Below, piece by piece: positions 59,910 to 64,000 of a DNA stretch of 64,000 nt (positions within the stretch are counted from its first letter, which is position 1; each line of letters opens with the position of its first letter). Source of the DNA: Alphaproteobacteria bacterium (lineage in GTDB: Bacteria > Pseudomonadota > Alphaproteobacteria > Micavibrionales > UBA2020). The position numbers and the translations under genes were made by a program. The DNA lies in NCBI GenBank assembly GCA_004297545.1, contig SCTB01000123.1, positions 20,630 to 84,629 of the forward strand, read 5' to 3'. Below the pieces are notes generated by a model. That model was given only the letters and a program-made list of their open reading frames with translations. It searched no databases and was not told the DNA's origin.

Positions 59910-62105
59910 TCAGCCCCGCTTGTGCTTCGGCGCGGAGGCCTTGGCAGCCGGACTCTTCTCCGCCGCCAGCTGCGCCTTATAGGCCTCTTGGTCGATGGGC
60001 CCCAGCGCCTTGGTGAGGAAAGCGCGGACGGAAGCGATATCCGCATACCGCTGGCTCTCGGTCATGCCGGCGCTGTGGCCGCCGTCGGTCCGCACTTTCA
60101 GCAGCGTGACGGAATCTTCATCTTCCAGCGTCTGCAGCGTCGCCGCCATTTTCAGGCTGTGCCAGGGCAGCACGCGGTCGTCGTGGATATCGGTCTTGAT
60201 AAGGAGCGGCGGATGTTTGAAGCCCTTCTTCACGTTATGCAGCGGAGAATATTTCGCCGCGATGTTGAAGTCCTTCATGATATCCGGGTCGCCGTAATCG
60301 GATTTCCAGCTGAAGCCTTCGAAGGAGCCGATGTGGAAGCGGAACATATCAGCGACCGGCACTTCCGACACGACGGCGCCGAAGAGGTCCGGCCGCTGCA
60401 ATATCGTCGCCAGCGTCAGAAGGCCGCCGTTGGACCCGCCCTGGATGGCAAGGCGACTGTTTGATGTGTATTTTTTATCGATGAGATGTTCGGCTGCCGC
60501 GATAAAATCATCGAAGACATTCTGCTTGTTCTCCCGGCGGCCGCCGTCGTACCAGTCCTGCCCGTATTCCCCGCCGCCACGCAGGTGCGCCTGCACGTAA
60601 ATGCCTCCCGACCTCACCCATTGGGCGACGGAGGGGTTGAAGGCAGGCTCGAGCGGGATATTGAACCCGCCGTAGCCGTAAAGCAGCGTCGCCGCCGTGC
60701 CGTCGAGCTTGGTGTCCTTGCCGCGGATGACGGTCAGCGGCACCTTGGTGCCGTCTTTCGAGGTCGCCTCGATCACCTCGACGATGCAGTCCTTGAGATC
60801 GATCGGCGTGGCGGTCTTTTTCTCGAGCGCCAGCGTGTTGGCCACCGAGTCGTATTTGTAAATGCTGTTGTCTTCGTGGAAATTGCTGTAGGCGACAAGC
60901 GCCGTATTCTCGCCGTCGCGCGTCTGCCCCAGCGTAAAGGTTGAGAGCGGCGGGATGGGCGCATCGTGCAGGTGTTTCCCCTGAAGGTCAAATACTTTCA
61001 AAACCTGCCCGCTGTCATGGCTGTAGGTGGCGTAAATTTTATCGTTCCAGACGAAGACGTCTTTCAGCGGGTCGGTCGCGCTTTCCGGCAAAACAGTCTG
61101 CCATTTGTCGGGCGACGGATCATTGATGTCGATGCTGATCAGCCTTGAGTTGGGCGATTTGTAGTTGGTGAGCGCGAGAAGCTTTCCGCCGACCTCGCGG
61201 ATGGGCGTGACCAGCCCTTCCTGCATCGGGAAGATTTCGCGGAATTCCTCATCGCTGCCGCGCGGGCGCACCAAAATGGCGACCTTGTCCGTTTCGTTGA
61301 CGTTGATGGCCTTGTATTTCGCAATATATTCGTAAGCCCCGGGCGCGCCCTTCTCGTCCGAGATCATATAGAATTCGCCGCCGCATTCGGCGGCATGGGG
61401 CGCATAGATCGTCTTGTCAGTTTCCGGCGGCGTGCCCATTTTGTGATAGCGAACATCGCTGGACTTGGTCGCCTCATCGCTGCTGTTGTAATAGAACCCC
61501 TTGCCGTCCTTGTCCCATTTAATAGTGGCGTTGACGTTGGTCTGGAAATTCCTGTATTCGAGGTCGATGTCCTTGCCCGTCTCCACATCCATGAGCTTCA
61601 GCGTGCCCTTGTCGGCGCCCGAGACGCTCAGGGCATAGGCCACGGTTTTTCCGTCAGCGGTAAAGCTCGCGAATTTGATCGCGGTCTTGCCGCTGGGGTC
61701 GATTTTCGCAGGATCCAGCAGCGCCCGCGCGGGTGCGCCGTAATCCGGGACGTCCTTGACGTAGTAGGAAAAACGCTTCTCGTTTTCCTCCTTGCGGCGG
61801 ACGATATACTTGTCGCCGTATTTTTCCGGCATCGTCTCGCGCATGCCCTTGGGCGCGGCGTCGTTAAAAAATTTTATCGCTTCATCTTCGGCAGCCTTCA
61901 TCGGCGCCATGTAGTCGTCGAATTTCCTGTTTTCACGGGCGACCCATGCCGAGGTCTCCGGCGCATCCAGCTTTTCCAGCGGGCGGAACGGGTCTTTAAC
62001 GGTCACGCCGTGCAAAACATCCTGCGTATCGTCATGCGGGGGGAACAGAGCGCGGCGCAGGCTCTTCCTTGAGAAGTCAGAACGCGGGGATTTGCTTTTC
62101 TTCAT
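59910..62105 (-). CDS. Prolyl oligopeptidase (S9A family)
   Basis: VKDPFRPLE...SAWV..EN N-terminus, beta-propeller region, catalytic GGSNGGLL, ...D.RV...HS.K. Start ATG 62103-62105. A/K-rich tail ...AAEKSPAAKASAPKHKRG. Confidence 0.85.
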   Translation of the reverse strand: MKKSKSPRSDFSRKSLRRALFPPHDDTQDVLHGVTVKDPFRPLEKLDAPETSAWVARENRKFDDYMAPMKAAEDEAIKFFNDAAPKGMRETMPEKYGDKYIVRRKEENEKRFSYYVKDVPDYGAPARALLDPAKIDPSGKTAIKFASFTADGKTVAYALSVSGADKGTLKLMDVETGKDIDLEYRNFQTNVNATIKWDKDGKGFYYNSSDEATKSSDVRYHKMGTPPETDKTIYAPHAAECGGEFYMISDEKGAPGAYEYIAKYKAINVNETDKVAILVRPRGSDEEFREIFPMQEGLVTPIREVGGKLLALTNYKSPNSRLISIDINDPSPDKWQTVLPESATDPLKDVFVWNDKIYATYSHDSGQVLKVFDLQGKHLHDAPIPPLSTFTLGQTRDGENTALVAYSNFHEDNSIYKYDSVANTLALEKKTATPIDLKDCIVEVIEATSKDGTKVPLTVIRGKDTKLDGTAATLLYGYGGFNIPLEPAFNPSVAQWVRSGGIYVQAHLRGGGEYGQDWYDGGRRENKQNVFDDFIAAAEHLIDKKYTSNSRLAIQGGSNGGLLTLATILQRPDLFGAVVSEVPVADMFRFHIGSFEGFSWKSDYGDPDIMKDFNIAAKYSPLHNVKKGFKHPPLLIKTDIHDDRVLPWHSLKMAATLQTLEDEDSVTLLKVRTDGGHSAGMTESQRYADIASVRAFLTKALGPIDQEAYKAQLAAEKSPAAKASAPKHKRG

Positions 62106-62220
62106 GTGATGCACGCCTTGAAAACGATGAATGGCGTAATATACATCATTATTCATAATATACTCAAGGCGAGTTTTTATAACCCTCTTATGGATTAATT
62201 TATCATTTAATTACAGCAGG

Positions 62221-63540
62221 TTATATCCCCAGCTTCTCCCGCATCCCGTAGTACCAAGCGCCCAGAGCCGTCAGGGGCACGCGGAAGGCGCGCCCGCCCG
62301 GAAAGGGATAGTTGCGCATGGAGGCGAAAACGTCATAGCGCGAGAGCTGGCCCTTGATGGCTTCTGCCGTCAGGCGGCCCAGCAGGTGACAGGTGGTGAC
62401 GCCGTGGCCGGAATCACCGTGGATGAAATAGACGCTGTCAGACAACCGCCCGATATGCGGCATGCGGGTGAGCGTCAGCGCGAAGTTACAGCTCCAGGCG
62501 AAATCGATCTTCTTCCCTTTCAGCGAGGGGAAGGTGCGCTCGATATGCGGAACAAGGCGGCGCTGGATGTCCTTGGGCTCCGCCCCGCTGTAGATGACGC
62601 CGCCGCCGAACAACAGGCGCTTGTCGCCAGTGATGCGGTAATAATCGAGCAGGAAGTTGCAGTCTTCGAGGCAGTAACCCTTCGGCATCAGGCCGTCGGT
62701 GATTTCCGCGCCCAGCACTTCGGTCGTCACGATCTGGCTTGAGACAGACATGAATTTGGAGGGCAGTTCCGGAACCGCATCGCCGATATAGGCATTGCCG
62801 CAGACGACGAGGATATCGGCGGTCACCTTGCCGCCCTCCGTATAGGCGACGGGGCGTTTGCCTTTTTCGATGCGCGTCACGCGCGACTGTTCGTAAATCT
62901 TGCCGCCCAGGCTTTCGAGCGCCGCCGCCTGACCTAATGTTAAATTCAGCGGGTGAATATGCCCGCCGCGCTTGTCGAGAAGCCCGCCGATATAAAGCCC
63001 GGTCGCCGAGACTTCGCGCGCCTTCGCCTTGTCGAGCATTTCGAGGTCTTTATTACCCGCGCTTTCCCAGACTTCGCGCCTGCGCTCGAGGAATTTCATC
63101 TGGCTGTCGGTGAAGGCGGCGAAAAAAGCGCCAGCCTTGTGGTCGCACTTTATATTGTACTTCGCGATACGCTCGCGAATGATGTCGCCGCCTTCGAAGC
63201 TCATGTTCAAAAGCGCCTTCGCCGTCGCCTCGCCGTAGCGGCCCAGTATCGTGTCGTAATCGCGGCTGTAGCCGTTGATGATCTGCCCGCCGTTGCGGCC
63301 CGAGGCGCCCCAGCCGACCCTGACGGCTTCCAGCACGACGACTTTCAGTCCCTTCTCCGCCAGATGCAGCGCGGTCGAGATGCCGGAAAAACCCGCGCCC
63401 AGCACGCAGACATCCGCCGTCACATCGCCTGCCAGAGCGGGGCGCGCCGTCGCGGGGTTCGCGCTATGGGCGTAATAGGTTCTGACGTAATCGGTTTTTG
63501 AGTTGGCTTCAGGCTGCATGGCGCGGGCGGGTTGTGTCAT
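62221..63540 (-). CDS. FAD-dependent oxidoreductase (gamma-glutamylputrescine oxidase PuuB/OrdL-like)
   Basis: DVCVLGAGFSGISTALHLAEKGLKVVVLEAVRVGWGASGRNGGQ. Downstream of a glutamine-synthetase-family gene. Confidence 0.8.
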   Translation of the reverse strand: MTQPARAMQPEANSKTDYVRTYYAHSANPATARPALAGDVTADVCVLGAGFSGISTALHLAEKGLKVVVLEAVRVGWGASGRNGGQIINGYSRDYDTILGRYGEATAKALLNMSFEGGDIIRERIAKYNIKCDHKAGAFFAAFTDSQMKFLERRREVWESAGNKDLEMLDKAKAREVSATGLYIGGLLDKRGGHIHPLNLTLGQAAALESLGGKIYEQSRVTRIEKGKRPVAYTEGGKVTADILVVCGNAYIGDAVPELPSKFMSVSSQIVTTEVLGAEITDGLMPKGYCLEDCNFLLDYYRITGDKRLLFGGGVIYSGAEPKDIQRRLVPHIERTFPSLKGKKIDFAWSCNFALTLTRMPHIGRLSDSVYFIHGDSGHGVTTCHLLGRLTAEAIKGQLSRYDVFASMRNYPFPGGRAFRVPLTALGAWYYGMREKLGI

Positions 63541-63565
63541 TTTACATTCTCGTTTTTCTTTACAC

Positions 63566-63684
63566 CCGTAACCCCGGCGAAAGCCGGGGTCTAAACTCTC
63601 TCAGTCTTCCGGTGGTAGCTGTGCAGGACTATAACCACCGGAGAGCGGATAAACCTTAGACCCCTGCTTTCGCAGGGGTTACGG
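63566..63684. repeat. Nested-palindrome intergenic element (CCGTAACCCC type)
   Basis: ccgtaaccccggcgaaagccggggtctaa ... ttagacccctgctttcgcaggggttacgg, with an inner inverted repeat ccggtggt...accaccgg. Confidence 0.8.
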
Positions 63685-63690
63685 ATACAC

Positions 63691-64000
63691 TTAGATATCC
63701 CTCAAATACGCATCATATTCGAGGCTGGAGACCTGGCGTTCCAGCTGGGCCTTTTCCTGCCGCTTGGCGGCGAGAAAGACTTTCTGATAGGGTTTGCCGA
63801 AATATTTGGCGGTGAATTTCGAATTTTCGAAACGCGCCAGCGCCTCGCCCCAGTTCGTGGGCAGGTTTTTTGCGCCGGATTTATAGACGTCGCCGACGAC
63901 GGGCTTCGAAGGCTCGGTCTTTTTCGTCAGGCCTTCGTAAGCGCCGGCGAGAATGGCGGCCAGCATCAGATACGGGTTGGCGTCAGCCCCCGCGCAACGG
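63691..64000 (-). CDS. Glutamine synthetase family protein, C-terminal part (PuuA-like by context); N-terminus beyond window end
   Basis: The reading frame is open to position 64000 (...GADANPYLMLAAILAGAYEGL...LPTNWGEALARFENS...). ADANPYL and LP..(L/W).EAL are GS-family C-terminal motifs. Confidence 0.75.
   Translation of the reverse strand, partial: RCAGADANPYLMLAAILAGAYEGLTKKTEPSKPVVGDVYKSGAKNLPTNWGEALARFENSKFTAKYFGKPYQKVFLAAKRQEKAQLERQVSSLEYDAYLRDI

Noticed and set aside
7395-63684. Possibility that the recurring repeats form a CRISPR array
   Set aside because: The copies are dispersed singly over 56 kb and are internally palindromic. They belong to several sequence subfamilies and are not separated by uniform short spacers. 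No cas genes were seen.

Overview
High-GC alphaproteobacterial chromosomal segment. Lineage markers are divK-pleD, an ECF sigma/ChrR pair, DUF1849/EipB-like, IalB-like, DUF484-xerC and dnaX/ybaB. About 75 protein genes can be supported. Housekeeping anchors are ppk1, htpG, pdxH, rpmG (L33, missed by the >=60 aa ORF track), aspS, rnd, ppx, priA, tal, xerC, xthA, ybaB and dnaX. I saw no rRNA, tRNA or CRISPR array. Many long ORFs in the track are antisense or out-of-frame shadows typical of high-GC DNA and were discarded. The accessory layer stands out in four ways. (i) A family of G/C-rich, internally hairpinned ~64-bp inverted-repeat arms encloses small, visibly AT-richer cargo genes with no transposase: a DUF559 endonuclease at 36.40-36.85 kb, an ankyrin + barstar-like pair at 43.39-44.38 kb, and a 123-aa orphan at 55.56-56.24 kb. 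An 'empty' arm pair lies at 27.08-27.23 kb. (ii) A GIY-YIG nuclease gene is bracketed by a perfect 29-bp direct repeat derived from a second, abundant family of nested-palindrome intergenic elements (about 10 copies in the window). (iii) Eukaryote-like repeat proteins are dense (4 ankyrin, 2 Sel1, PP2C) around an orphan IcmL/DotI-like gene. (iv) There are lineage-specific paralog pairs, unannotated small ORFs, a Cys/His triple-repeat miniprotein, and P/K/Q/A-rich C-terminal tails on otherwise ordinary enzymes, two of which end in the identical PPQPK. All functional calls come from motif recognition by eye; none were verified by database search.
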